This document shows positions 13,126 through 22,481 of a DNA stretch of 64,000 nt, piece by piece. The position numbers were made by a program, and so were the translations under genes. The first letter of the stretch is position 1; each line of letters starts with the position of its first letter. The notes below the pieces were generated by a model that did not search any database, was not told the origin of the DNA, and worked only from the letters and a program-made list of their open reading frames with translations. Source of the DNA: an uncultured Spirochaetales bacterium. Lineage in GTDB: Bacteria > Myxococcota_A > UBA9160 > JAFDET01. The DNA lies in assembly GCA_964442285.1 (NCBI GenBank), contig CAYTZH010000022.1:6120-70119 (forward strand), in the 5' to 3' direction.

Positions 13126-13856
13126 GCCGCCGGCGCGGGGTCCGGCGGGGCCTGGCCGGCCTGCTCGGGCTGCTGCTGCCGGTCGCGGCGGCGGTCGCGC
13201 CGGCCGCCGCGGAGGTGCGGCGGGTGGAGGCGGTCGGGGTGGTGCCGGTTCCCGACCCGGCCCCCTCCCGGGCGACGCTGCGGGATCGGGCGCTGCGGGC
13301 GGGCATCCAGGAGGCCGTGCTGCGGGTCGCCCGGGAGCAGATCGAGGCCCAGGGCACCGAGACGGAGCTCGAGCCCCGGGCCATGGCGGCGCTCCTCGGC
13401 GGCCAGCTGGTGGACTACACGGTGCGCTTCCGGATCCTCGAGGACCGGGGCGAGCGCGACGCTCTGCTGCTGGCCGCGACCCCGGCCTCCCGGGAGTACG
13501 TCCTGGTGACCGAGGTGCACGTGGAGGTCGAGCGGGTTCGGGAGAAGCTGGTGGAGGTGGAGCTGGTGGCGCCCCAGGCAGCCCCCGCGGGCCCGCGGCG
13601 CCGGGTGGCCGTCGTCATCCAGCCGCTTCCCAGCTACGCGGCCCTGCGCTGGGTCCAGGAGGCCCTGGGCGCCGTTCCCTACGAGCTCTCGCGGACGGGG
13701 GCCGTGCTGGTGGTCGAGACCCACGAGAGCGGCCCCGAGCTGCTGGCACGACTGCGGCGCGGATCCCCGCCGGGAGTGCGGGTGGTTTCCCGGTCGGCGG
13801 ACGAGGCCCGCCTGGCCCTGGCGGTGGAGGGCGTTCCGAGCGCTCCCCGGGATTGA
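13122..13856 (+). CDS. Hypothetical secreted protein
   Basis: TTG 13122 overlaps the dnaE stop. Signal-like N-terminus RRGLAGLLGLLLPVAAAVAPAAA. High third-position GC. I recognise no family. Confidence 0.5.
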   Translation: MSRRRGVRRGLAGLLGLLLPVAAAVAPAAAEVRRVEAVGVVPVPDPAPSRATLRDRALRAGIQEAVLRVAREQIEAQGTETELEPRAMAALLGGQLVDYTVRFRILEDRGERDALLLAATPASREYVLVTEVHVEVERVREKLVEVELVAPQAAPAGPRRRVAVVIQPLPSYAALRWVQEALGAVPYELSRTGAVLVVETHESGPELLARLRRGSPPGVRVVSRSADEARLALAVEGVPSAPRD

Positions 13857-13874
13857 CCGCACGCGATTCCGCGA

Positions 13875-13903
13875 TTGACACCTGCAGGCGAAAACGATAT
13901 TCC
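13875..13903 (+). promoter_or_regulatory. Sigma70-like promoter upstream of tRNA-Val / infC operon
   Basis: TTGACA at 13875-13880; GATATT/TATTCC -10 candidates 15-17 nt downstream; 25-30 nt before the tRNA 5' end. Confidence 0.4.
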
Positions 13904-13926
13904 TCGCGCGCAGTTAGCGAGCCTAC

Positions 13927-14002
13927 AGGCACGTAGCTCAGTGGCTAGAGCGCCGCCTTGACACGGCGGAGGTCGGCGGTTCAATCCCGCCCGTGCCTAC
14001 CA
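13927..14002 (+). tRNA. tRNA-Val (anticodon GAC)
   Basis: Hand-folded cloverleaf: acceptor aggcacg/cgtgcct, D stem gctc/gagc, anticodon stem ccgcc/ggcgg with loop ttGACac, T arm ggcgg-ttcaatc-ccgcc, encoded CCA. Confidence 0.9.
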
Positions 14003-14085
14003 CTGAGAGAGACCGCAACGCGAGCAGGTGAACGGGCTGCCCTCGCGGCTCGAATCGAATACCCCGTTCCGAAGGAGAACTGCGT

Positions 14086-14793
14086 ATCGCAGTCCGCAGA
14101 AGGTTCGACCGATCGGAGCCGCGCGGCGACACGACCCGGGTGAACGAGCGGGTGCGCGCCCGCGAGATCCGGTTGATCGGCGACGGCGGGGAGCAGCTCG
14201 GTGTGATGACGCCGGAGGAGGCCCTGGGGCTGGCGCAGGAGGCCGGGTTGGACCTGGTCGAGGTGGCGCCCAACTCCCAGCCGCCCGTCTGCCGCATCAT
14301 GGACTACGGGCGTTACAAGTACGAGCAGAAGAAGAAGTCGTCCAAGAGCAAGGGACACTCGACTTCGCTCAAGGAGATCAAGCTCCGGCCGCGCACCGAT
14401 CAGCACGACCTGGAATTCAAGCTGCGCAACGCGCGCAAGTTCCTCATCGAGGGGGACAAGGTCAAGGTCACGATCATGTTCCGCGGGCGGGAGATCGTTC
14501 ATCGCGAGCTGGGCTACCAGCAGCTGAACGTGGTGAAGCAGATGCTCGGCAACCTGGCGTCGGTGGAGAACCCGCCCCGGATGGAGGGGCGCTTCCTCTC
14601 GATGATCCTGGTGCCGAACCGCGAAGGGGTCGCCGAGGCGAAGAAGGCCGAGGCGGAGGCGGAGGCCGAGGCTTCTGCCGACGCCGCCGCGGCGGGCGAG
14701 GGCGACGAGGCTCCGGGCGGCGAGTCCGACCAGGCCGAGAAGGCCGACCAGGCCGAGAAGGCCGAGAACAAGGAGGCCGAGGCTGCGGGCTAG
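14086..14793 (+). CDS. infC: Translation initiation factor IF-3, probable non-canonical ATC start
   Basis: Conserved IF-3 sequence (REIRLIG..., PPVCRIMDYGRYKYEQKKK). GAAGGAG (14071-14077) sits 8 nt before in-frame ATC 14086, while track GTG 14140 has no SD. Acidic low-complexity C-terminal tail. Confidence 0.85.
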   Translation: MAVRRRFDRSEPRGDTTRVNERVRAREIRLIGDGGEQLGVMTPEEALGLAQEAGLDLVEVAPNSQPPVCRIMDYGRYKYEQKKKSSKSKGHSTSLKEIKLRPRTDQHDLEFKLRNARKFLIEGDKVKVTIMFRGREIVHRELGYQQLNVVKQMLGNLASVENPPRMEGRFLSMILVPNREGVAEAKKAEAEAEAEASADAAAAGEGDEAPGGESDQAEKADQAEKAENKEAEAAG

Positions 14794-14814
14794 ACCGGGG
14801 CCGAGGAGACAGCG

Positions 14815-15012
14815 ATGCCGAAGATGAAGACGCGCCGCGGGGCCGCCAAGCGGTTCAAGTCGACGGGCACCGGGAAGGTGGTGCGGTCGAAGCGGAACAA
14901 GCAGCACATCCTCACCAAGAAGTCGAGCAAGCGGAAGCGTCGCCTGCGCAAGGACGCGCTCGTCTCGGCGGTGGACGAGAAGCGCATCAAGCAGATGGTG
15001 CCCGGCCTCTAG
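14815..15012 (+). CDS. rpmI: 50S ribosomal protein L35
   Basis: [15 protein letters not shown]..., 65 aa. Confidence 0.95.
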   Translation: MPKMKTRRGAAKRFKSTGTGKVVRSKRNKQHILTKKSSKRKRRLRKDALVSAVDEKRIKQMVPGL

Positions 15013-15031
15013 CGGCGCCCAGGAGAGCCCC

Positions 15032-15394
15032 ATGCCCCGTGTCAAGCGCGGAACGATGGCCCACAAGCGGAAGAAGCGGATCTTCGATGCCGCCAAGGGC
15101 TACTACGGCACCCGCCACAACCTGATCAAGACCGCCCGCGAGGCGGTGCACCGCGGCTGGCAGTACGCCTACCGCGACCGGCGCCAGCGCAAGCGCCAGT
15201 TCCGACGCCTCTGGATCGTGCGCATCAACGCCGCCGCCCGGGAGCACGGTCTGTCCTACAGCCGCCTGATGCACGGCCTGCAGATTGCCGGCGTCGAGAT
15301 GGACCGCAAGAACCTGGCTGCGCTCGCCATCGAGGATCCCAAGGCCTTCGCCGAGCTGGCGGAGCTGGCCAAGGCCCAGACCCAGGCGGCGTGA
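15032..15394 (+). CDS. rplT: 50S ribosomal protein L20
   Basis: [26 protein letters not shown]..., 120 aa. Confidence 0.95.
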   Translation: MPRVKRGTMAHKRKKRIFDAAKGYYGTRHNLIKTAREAVHRGWQYAYRDRRQRKRQFRRLWIVRINAAAREHGLSYSRLMHGLQIAGVEMDRKNLAALAIEDPKAFAELAELAKAQTQAA

Positions 15395-16374
15395 GCGCCG
15401 ACCTCGAGGCGGTCGAGGCCGAGGCCCGCACCGCCATCCAGGCGGCCGCAAACGTCCAGGACCTGGTGGAGGTGCGGGCCCGCTTCCTGGGCAGGAAGGG
15501 GAGCGTGGCCGAGGTCCTCCGCGGCATCGGGCAGCTTCCACCCGAGCAGCGCGGCCGCGTCGGCCAGGCCGCCAACCAGAGCAAGGCCCGGATCGAGACC
15601 TGGGTGGCGGAGCGCCGGGGCGCTCTCGAGCACGAGGCCCGGCAGGCCTCCCTGGCCCAGGCCCGCTACGACACCAGCCTGCCGGGCGCGGCCCCGCCCG
15701 CCGGCAGCCTCCATCCCATCAGCCGTCTCGTGCGGGACATCGAGCGCTTCTTCCGCTCCATGGGCTTCTCCGCGGAGTCGGGCCCCGAGGTCGAGACCGA
15801 CTGGAACAACTTCGGCGCCCTGAACTTCCCCGACGACCACCCGGCTCGCGACACCCAGGACACCTTCTTCGTGGACGGCGGCCACGTGCTGCGCACCCAC
15901 ACCTCCTCGGTGCAGATCCGGGCCATGCAGGGGCGCACGCCCCCGTTCCGCTTCATCGCGCCCGGACGCGTCTATCGCCACGACAGCGACGCCACCCACT
16001 CGCCCATGTTCCACCAGGTGGAGGGCTTCATGGTGGACGAGCGCACCACGTTCGCCGACCTGAAGGGGCTGCTCTACGCCTTCGCGCGTCATCTGTTCGG
16101 CCCGGAGACCGAGCTGCGCTTCCGCGCCCACTACTTCCCCTTCACCGAGCCTTCCGCCGAGATGGACTTCAGCTGGAACGGCGGCTGGATGGAGTGGGGG
16201 GGCTGCGGGATGATCCACCCGCGCGTCCTCGAGAACTGCGGCATCGATCCCGAGCGCTGGCAGGGCTGGGCCTTCGGCATGGGCCTGGACCGCACGGCCA
16301 TGCAGCGCTGCGGCCTCGACCACATCCGGCTGCTCTTCGATCCCGACGAGCGCGTCCTGGAGCAGCTGGGGTGA
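15391..16374 (+). CDS. pheS: Phenylalanine--tRNA ligase alpha subunit
   Basis: Class II aaRS core ([29 protein letters not shown]). GTG overlaps the rplT stop. Confidence 0.95.
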   Translation: MSADLEAVEAEARTAIQAAANVQDLVEVRARFLGRKGSVAEVLRGIGQLPPEQRGRVGQAANQSKARIETWVAERRGALEHEARQASLAQARYDTSLPGAAPPAGSLHPISRLVRDIERFFRSMGFSAESGPEVETDWNNFGALNFPDDHPARDTQDTFFVDGGHVLRTHTSSVQIRAMQGRTPPFRFIAPGRVYRHDSDATHSPMFHQVEGFMVDERTTFADLKGLLYAFARHLFGPETELRFRAHYFPFTEPSAEMDFSWNGGWMEWGGCGMIHPRVLENCGIDPERWQGWAFGMGLDRTAMQRCGLDHIRLLFDPDERVLEQLG

Positions 16375-18788
16375 AGGTCCCTCTCGGCTGGCTGGCGGAG
16401 TGGATCGACCTGCCCGAGCGCGAGGCGCTGATGGAGCGCCTCACCCTGGGCGGTCTGGAGATCGAGGCGATGCTCCGGACCGGGCCCGAGCTCCCGGGCG
16501 TCGTGGTCGGACACGTGGTCGAGCACGGCCGCCACCCGGACGCCGAGCGGCTCTCGCTCTGCCGCGTCGACGCCGGCGGCGAGGCGCCCTTCGAGGTGGT
16601 CTGCGGCGCGCCGAACGTGGCCGCCGGCCAGAAGATCGCCTTCGCGCCCACGGGCACGCTGCTGCCCGACGGCACGCGGCTCAAGAAGGCGAAGATCCGC
16701 GGCGTCGTCTCGAGCGGCATGATCTGCTCCGCCCGGGAGCTCGGCCTGGGCGACGACCACACGGGCATCCTGGTGCTCGACGAGGGGCTCGCGCCCGGCA
16801 CCCCGGTGGCGGAGGTGCTGCCCGGCGCCGACACGGTGCTCGACTTCGAGATCACCCCCAACCGGGGGGACTGGGCCTGCATGCTGGGGATGGCCCGGGA
16901 GGTCCGCACCCACTTCGGGGGCACGCTCCGGCTGCCGCCCTGCGACGTCGACGAGCCCGGGGCCCCGGCCGCCGAGGCCGTCTCGGTCGCGATCGAGGAT
17001 CCGGAGGGCTGTCCCGCCTACCTGGCCCGCGTGATCCGCGGGGTGCGGGTGGGCCCCTCGCCCGACTGGCTGCGGGCGCGGCTCGAGGCGGCCGGCCTGC
17101 GGCCGGTGAACAACGTGGTGGACGTCACCAACCTGGTGCTGCTCGAGCTCGGCCAGCCCCTCCACGCCTTCGACCTCGCCACCCTGCGCGGCGGCCAGGT
17201 GCGGGTGCGCCGCGCCGCGCCGGGCGAGAAGCTCGTCACCCTGGACGGGCACACCCGGAGTCTCGAGCCCGACGATCTGCTCATCGCGGACGCGGAGCGC
17301 GGTGCCTGCGTGGCGGGGGTCATGGGCGGCGCCGAGACCGAGGTGGGCGAGTCCACCCGCGATGTGCTGCTCGAGTGCGCGCTCTTCCACCCCACACGGA
17401 TCCGCCGCACGGCGCGGCGGCTCGGCCTGCACTCCGACGCTTCCTACCGCTTCGAGCGAGGCGTCGATCCCGAGGGCCTGCAGCGCGCCGTGGATCGCGC
17501 CGCGCGCCTGCTGGCCGAGCTCTGCGGGGGAGAGGTCGCCCGGGGCATCGTCGAGGCCCGGGGCACGGCCCTGCCGGTGACGCGGGAGGTGCGCCTCGAC
17601 CCGGCGCGGGTGAACCGCCTGCTCGGAACCCGGCTCGAGCCGCGCGCGATGGTCGAGCTCCTGAACCGCGCCGACCTGGAGAGCCGGCTCGAGGCCGACG
17701 GGCCGCTCGTGGCGGCGGTGCCCTCCTGGCGGACCGACGTGCACCGCCCCGAGGATCTGGTGGAGGAGGTCGCCCGGGTCCACGGCTACGACCGCATCCC
17801 GGCCACGCTGCCCCGGGGCGAGCTCGTCCCCGTCGAGACGCCGCGCCTCGCCGACCTTGCCGACCGCGCCCGCGACGTCCTGGCGGGCCAGGGCCTGTAC
17901 GAGTGCATCACGCTGCCCTTCCGGCCTCCCTCGGACCCGGACGGGCTGCGGCTGGCCCCCGACGACCCCCGCCGGCGCGGGGTGGCGCTGGCCAACCCGA
18001 TCGTCGAGGAGGAGAGCCGCCTGCGCACGAGCCTGCTGCCGTCACTCGTCCGCGGCGCCCAGCAGAACCTCGCGCGCCAGGCCGAGGGCGTGCGCCTGTT
18101 CGAGGTGGCCCCCGTGTTCCTCGCCGGCGGCGGAGAGGACGGGCTGCCGGCGGAGCCGCTCTGGGTTGCGGGGATTCTCACCCATTCCGGGCAGGCGCCC
18201 CTGTGGGCGACCCGAGACCGCATCCCCCTGTTTTTTCTCGCGAAAGGGGTCGCGCAGCGGCTGCTTTTCAGTCTAGGCTATGCCGCGTGGTGCCGACCGG
18301 AGATGGGGGAATCTCTAGAACCGTATCACCACCCGGGCGCGGCCAACCGAATCGGTGTGGGGGACCGCGTGATCGGCTCGGTGGGGGAGCTTCATCCGGA
18401 GACGCTGGCGCACTTCGCGCTCGAGGTGCCGGCGGCCGTCTTCGAGATCGATCTCTCGGCCCTGTCGAGGCTCTCCGGGCGGGAGGGGCGCTACCGCGAG
18501 GTGTCGCGTCAGCCGAGTGTGCGGCGCGACCTCGCGGTGCTGCTCGACCGGGGGCGCCCCGCGGGAGAGGTGCTGGAGGCACTCTCCCGCACGGCGGGGT
18601 CGCATCTGGTAGCGGCCGAGATCTTCGACCGCTACGAGGGCCCCGGCGTCCCGGAGGGCAAGGTGAGCCTGGCGTTCCGGCTCGTGCTGCAGCGGCCGGA
18701 TCGGGCTCTGACCGAGAAGGAAATCGCCAAGCTGACGGACCGACTGGTGAAGATGCTCGCCCACAAGTTCGGGGGGGAGCTCCGCTAG
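16371..18788 (+). CDS. pheT: Phenylalanine--tRNA ligase beta subunit
   Basis: [16 protein letters not shown]-terminus, tRNA-binding, B3/4, B5 and C-terminal FDX-ACB regions. GTG 16371 overlaps the pheS stop (GTGA). Confidence 0.95.
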   Translation: MKVPLGWLAEWIDLPEREALMERLTLGGLEIEAMLRTGPELPGVVVGHVVEHGRHPDAERLSLCRVDAGGEAPFEVVCGAPNVAAGQKIAFAPTGTLLPDGTRLKKAKIRGVVSSGMICSARELGLGDDHTGILVLDEGLAPGTPVAEVLPGADTVLDFEITPNRGDWACMLGMAREVRTHFGGTLRLPPCDVDEPGAPAAEAVSVAIEDPEGCPAYLARVIRGVRVGPSPDWLRARLEAAGLRPVNNVVDVTNLVLLELGQPLHAFDLATLRGGQVRVRRAAPGEKLVTLDGHTRSLEPDDLLIADAERGACVAGVMGGAETEVGESTRDVLLECALFHPTRIRRTARRLGLHSDASYRFERGVDPEGLQRAVDRAARLLAELCGGEVARGIVEARGTALPVTREVRLDPARVNRLLGTRLEPRAMVELLNRADLESRLEADGPLVAAVPSWRTDVHRPEDLVEEVARVHGYDRIPATLPRGELVPVETPRLADLADRARDVLAGQGLYECITLPFRPPSDPDGLRLAPDDPRRRGVALANPIVEEESRLRTSLLPSLVRGAQQNLARQAEGVRLFEVAPVFLAGGGEDGLPAEPLWVAGILTHSGQAPLWATRDRIPLFFLAKGVAQRLLFSLGYAAWCRPEMGESLEPYHHPGAANRIGVGDRVIGSVGELHPETLAHFALEVPAAVFEIDLSALSRLSGREGRYREVSRQPSVRRDLAVLLDRGRPAGEVLEALSRTAGSHLVAAEIFDRYEGPGVPEGKVSLAFRLVLQRPDRALTEKEIAKLTDRLVKMLAHKFGGELR

Positions 18789-18814
18789 CAGCTCCGGGGA
18801 GGAGGGCAGTCTCC

Positions 18815-19144
18815 ATGACCAAGGCCGAGATCGTCGAAACCATCTACGAGCGGGTGGGCTTCTCGAAGAAGGAGTCGGCGGACCTCGTGGAGACGGTCTT
18901 CCAGATCATCAAGGAGACCCTCGCCACCGGGGAGAAGGTGAAGATCTCCGGCTTCGGCAACTTCGTGGTGCGCGAGAAGAACGAGCGCAAGGGCCGCAAC
19001 CCCCAGACGGGCGAGGAGATCCGGCTGCCCGCGCGGCGGGTGCTCACCTTCAAGCCCAGTCTCGTGCTAAAGAACATCCTGAACGAGGAAGAGAACGGCG
19101 ACGCGGCGCTCGCGGCCGAGGCCCACGCCTCCGAGCACGACTGA
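18815..19144 (+). CDS. ihfA: Integration host factor alpha subunit
   Basis: MTKAEIVETIYERVGFSKKES...GFGNFVVREKNERKGRNPQTGEEI, closely parallel to E. coli IhfA. Confidence 0.9.
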   Translation: MTKAEIVETIYERVGFSKKESADLVETVFQIIKETLATGEKVKISGFGNFVVREKNERKGRNPQTGEEIRLPARRVLTFKPSLVLKNILNEEENGDAALAAEAHASEHD

Positions 19145-19152
19145 GGGGATGA

Positions 19153-19536
19153 ATGGCGACCCGCACCAAGAGGGTCCAGGCACCGTCGCTCGACGGCAAG
19201 CGCTACTACCGCATCGGCGAGGTGAGCAAGCTCACCGGCGTGAAGCCCTACGTGCTGCGCTACTGGGAGTCCGAGTTCCGGTGGATGGCACCCGCCAAGT
19301 CGAAGTCCAAGCAGCGGCTGTACCGCCAGAAGGACATCGAGACCATCCTGCTCATCAAGAAGCTGCTCCACGAGCAGCGCTACACCATCGCCGGCGCGCG
19401 CAAGAAGCTGCGCGAGCTCGGCCTGGCCCGGGCCCTGGAGGGCCGACCCGAGCTGGACGTCGACCTGCCGGTGGGCCATCGCGCCCGCTACCGCAAGATC
19501 CGCGAAGAGCTCGCCGCCATCCGCGCCATGCTCTGA
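19153..19536 (+). CDS. MerR-family transcriptional regulator
   Basis: HTH YYRIGEVSKLTGVKPYVLRYWESEF, 127 aa. Confidence 0.8.
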   Translation: MATRTKRVQAPSLDGKRYYRIGEVSKLTGVKPYVLRYWESEFRWMAPAKSKSKQRLYRQKDIETILLIKKLLHEQRYTIAGARKKLRELGLARALEGRPELDVDLPVGHRARYRKIREELAAIRAML

Positions 19537-19580
19537 TTCACGGCGCCATGCCCGGGTTCACGGCGCCATGCCCGGGTTCA
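19521..19580. repeat. 20-bp tandem repeat x3 across the convergent merR / Yip1 gene ends
   Basis: 19541-19560 and 19561-19580 are identical (cggcgccatgcccgggttca). 19521-19540, the merR 3' end, matches at 16/20. Confidence 0.9.
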
Positions 19581-20129
19581 GAGGGGCAGGCCCGCCAGCA
19601 GGAAGTTCAGGCCCAGGATGGCCAGCAGCAGCAGCAGGAAGGCGCTGCCGAAGGTGCCCACCGCGCGCAGGGTGGTGAAGTCGAGGGCCTGGCGCACGGC
19701 GACCACGCCGCAGAGCAGGATCCAGGTCCGCGCCAGCAGGGTGATGCTGAGTCCGAGCCAGGGCGCCCAGGCGGGCTCCAGGAAGCCGAAGATCTTGAGC
19801 AGGCCGGGGGTGAAGGCGAAGCCGGTGGTGCGCAGCACCTCGGCGTAGTCGGTCTCCGTCTCCGGGCCGCGCAGGAAGGTCGCGCCCACCATGTAGGCGA
19901 AGGCCGACCCCCCGAGCCAGAGCACCAGGGGCTCCACCACCTCCAGGGCCATGATCAGGCCCGCGTCGCCGTGGAGGGCGCGGCCGCCGGCCCCGGTCAG
20001 GCACACCCCGAGCACGATCACCCAGGCCTGGCGCAGGGCGCTCGGCTCCGCCTCCACCTCCTCGTAGAGGTCGGCCTCGAGGGTGACCGCGCGGCCCATC
20101 CGCGCCGGCAGGGATCCGAGCAGGCCCAC
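19578..20129 (-). CDS. Yip1-domain polytopic membrane protein
   Basis: 183 aa with about 5 hydrophobic segments. The layout resembles the Yip1 family, judged by eye. Confidence 0.5.
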   Translation of the reverse strand: MGLLGSLPARMGRAVTLEADLYEEVEAEPSALRQAWVIVLGVCLTGAGGRALHGDAGLIMALEVVEPLVLWLGGSAFAYMVGATFLRGPETETDYAEVLRTTGFAFTPGLLKIFGFLEPAWAPWLGLSITLLARTWILLCGVVAVRQALDFTTLRAVGTFGSAFLLLLLAILGLNFLLAGLPL

Positions 20130-20132
20130 GGG

Positions 20133-20741
20133 CTAGCCCTCCTCGTTCCAGAGGGAGGACCAGGCGGTCCCGATCCGCTCCATGAGCTGGAGCAGCGCAC
20201 CGCGCATGCCGGTGCGGTCGTGGACGTCGCGCATGGCCGCCGCCACCTGGGCCGTGCTCTCGCACTCGCCGACGTTGCCCTCGGCGTCGGTGCAGCGCAG
20301 GCGCACGGCGGGCGCCTTGGCCTCCAGATCGCTGGCGGCCGCCCGCAGGGCGTCGCGGAAGGAGGGGTCCGCCTCGCTCTCCGCCCAGGCCGTGCCGAGC
20401 GCCGCGTTCCAGCGCTCGAGGCGGGCCACGATCGCCGGGTCGACGTTCTCCTGGGTCGCTGCCCGGCGGGAGATCAGCAGGTAGCCGTAGGCGAGGGAGG
20501 AGAGGGCCTCCAGGCGCCGGGCGGCGAGTCCCGCCTCGACCGCTTCCAGCCCCGCCTCGTCGAGGTCGGGATCCTCGAGGGCGCGGAAGAACTCGCCGTA
20601 CTCGGCCGTCGCCGGCTGCAGGCACTCCGGGGGCTCGTCGCCCTCCGGCAGCGGGCAGTAGGCGCCGGGAACCGGGTCGGCCGCCCGGGCGGTGGCTGCC
20701 GCGAGCAGCAGCACCGCCACGAGCCACGGCTCCCGGCTCAC
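20133..20741 (-). CDS. Hypothetical secreted protein
   Basis: Signal peptide MSREPWLVAVLLLAAATARA. Paired Cys residues. GTG overlaps the upstream stop (GTGA). Confidence 0.55.
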   Translation of the reverse strand: MSREPWLVAVLLLAAATARAADPVPGAYCPLPEGDEPPECLQPATAEYGEFFRALEDPDLDEAGLEAVEAGLAARRLEALSSLAYGYLLISRRAATQENVDPAIVARLERWNAALGTAWAESEADPSFRDALRAAASDLEAKAPAVRLRCTDAEGNVGECESTAQVAAAMRDVHDRTGMRGALLQLMERIGTAWSSLWNEEG

Positions 20742-21241
20742 GGCGCGGCGTCCCGGGGCGCGAGCTCAAGAACGAGGCCGCAGACCAGACCCAGCCAGAC
20801 GGACTCGTCCAGGCCGAAGCGACGCGCGCCGGCGGGGCCGTGCAGCTCGACCTCGACGCGGTCGAGCTGGAGCCGGTCGTCCATCTCGCCGAAGCCGCGC
20901 ACGTTCGGGATCGGCTCGAGGCCTTTGCGCAGGTAGACGCCCGTGACCGCGCCCAGATCCACGTGGGGCGCGTTGGGGTCGTTCAGCGCGGGACGGGCGA
21001 CGTTGGCGTCGCCCTTGGCGCCCAGGACGAACTCGTCCTGGTGGCCCCGGCGCAGGGCGCGCCCGTGGGCCGGCGCCAGGCGGAACTCGCGTCCGCCCGG
21101 CCCCTGGAGGCCGAGAAACAGCGGGTCGTCGCTGGCCGCCAGGCGGTCGTTTCCCACCTGGATGCGGACCACGATGCGATTCGAAGTGTCGCCCAAGCCG
21201 GAGCCCCCCCGGGTCGCCGGAAGGGTAGGGGGCCCGCCCAC
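20738..21241 (-). CDS. Hypothetical protein, PLAT/LH2-like beta-sandwich pattern
   Basis: IVVRIQVGNDRLAASDDPLFLGLQGPGGREFRL...DEFVLG...GVYLRKG...DRLQLDRVEVEL...VWLG resembles PLAT-domain periodicity. Start uncertain. Confidence 0.4.
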   Translation of the reverse strand: MGGPPTLPATRGGSGLGDTSNRIVVRIQVGNDRLAASDDPLFLGLQGPGGREFRLAPAHGRALRRGHQDEFVLGAKGDANVARPALNDPNAPHVDLGAVTGVYLRKGLEPIPNVRGFGEMDDRLQLDRVEVELHGPAGARRFGLDESVWLGLVCGLVLELAPRDAAP

Positions 21242-21287
21242 GAGGGGTCAACCGGCCGGGCGCCGACCGCCCGCGTGGCCGTCGCCC

Positions 21288-22472
21288 CTAGGTGAAGAGC
21301 CCGGGGCGATTGGCGGGATCCACGCTGAAACCCGGGAACATCGGCGAGGGGTCCGCCACCCCGAGGTGGCGCGTGAGCACCTCGGCGAAGACGTCCCGGA
21401 AGTCGGTGGTGACCTCCAGGTCCCGTCGCGGGTAGCCCTGGTTCTGGGTGAGCCCGGGCCAGGTATCGCTCTCGAGGATCACCCGTCCGCCGCCGACGCC
21501 CCCGCCCAGGGCGAGCATCATCGAGGCTCGGCCGTGGTCGGCGCCCTGGGTGCCGTTCTCCTCCACCGTGCGCCCGAACTCGGTCATCACCAGGGTCAGC
21601 ACCCGGCTGGCGTCGGCGCCCAGGTCCTGGTGGAAGGCCGCCAGCGCCGGCGCCAGCCGCTGCATCGGCCGCTGCATGTGGTTGATCTGGTCGTCGTGGG
21701 AGTCCCAGCCGCCCAGGCTGACGGCCGCCACGTGCACGCCCACGTCGGCGCGGATCAGGGCCGCGATGTCCCGCAGGTCGCGGGCGAAGCCGTGATCGGG
21801 GTAGGTCACCGGGGTCTGGGTGGACACCCCGGCCAGGGTCTCCACGACCGCCAGGGTCTCGTCGGTCCGCGACGCCAGCAGATCCCCGCGACCGGCGTGC
21901 ATGGCCTGGATGGCCGCCTTGCGCTCGTCGCGCAAGACGTTCGTGAGCGCGAAGTCGTCGACCGAGCCCAGGGCCAGGTTCGGGGCCGGTCCCTCGAGCG
22001 ACTTGGCCTTGGCGTTGCCCAGGGTGACGCCGGCCAGGACGGCGCCCTGGCCCGCGATCTCCAGGTAGCGGTTCAGCCAGCCCGTGTAGACGGTCTTGTT
22101 GCCGGGGGCGGCTCGCTCCATGAAGTCCTGGGCGTCGAAGTGGGACCGGTTGTCGTCGGGGCTGCCGACGCAGTGGATCACCGCCAGCTCCCCCGCGTCG
22201 TAGAGGGGCTGCAGATCCGCCAGCTCCGGGTTCAGCCCGAAGAAGCTCGTGAGCGGCAGCAGCTGGTCCTGGGGCAGGGCGAGGGTGGGCCGCAGGACCG
22301 CGTACTCGGGGTCGCCGGTGGGCACCACCATGTGGATGCCGTCGGCGCCGCCGCGCAGGAACACCACCACGAGCACGTTGCGGCTCGTCGCGGCGCGGGC
22401 GCCGGGCGGGGGGAGCAGCAGCGCCGCGGTGCCCGCGGCGCCGACCTGGAGGAAACGACGTCGGGTCAGCAT
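21288..22472 (-). CDS. DUF1501-family protein with Tat signal
   Basis: MLTRRRFLQVGAAGTAALLL twin-arginine signal; GGWDSHDDQ, TEFGRT and GADHG motifs. Confidence 0.8.
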   Translation of the reverse strand: MLTRRRFLQVGAAGTAALLLPPPGARAATSRNVLVVVFLRGGADGIHMVVPTGDPEYAVLRPTLALPQDQLLPLTSFFGLNPELADLQPLYDAGELAVIHCVGSPDDNRSHFDAQDFMERAAPGNKTVYTGWLNRYLEIAGQGAVLAGVTLGNAKAKSLEGPAPNLALGSVDDFALTNVLRDERKAAIQAMHAGRGDLLASRTDETLAVVETLAGVSTQTPVTYPDHGFARDLRDIAALIRADVGVHVAAVSLGGWDSHDDQINHMQRPMQRLAPALAAFHQDLGADASRVLTLVMTEFGRTVEENGTQGADHGRASMMLALGGGVGGGRVILESDTWPGLTQNQGYPRRDLEVTTDFRDVFAEVLTRHLGVADPSPMFPGFSVDPANRPGLFT

Positions 22473-22481
22473 GTCGGGCTC

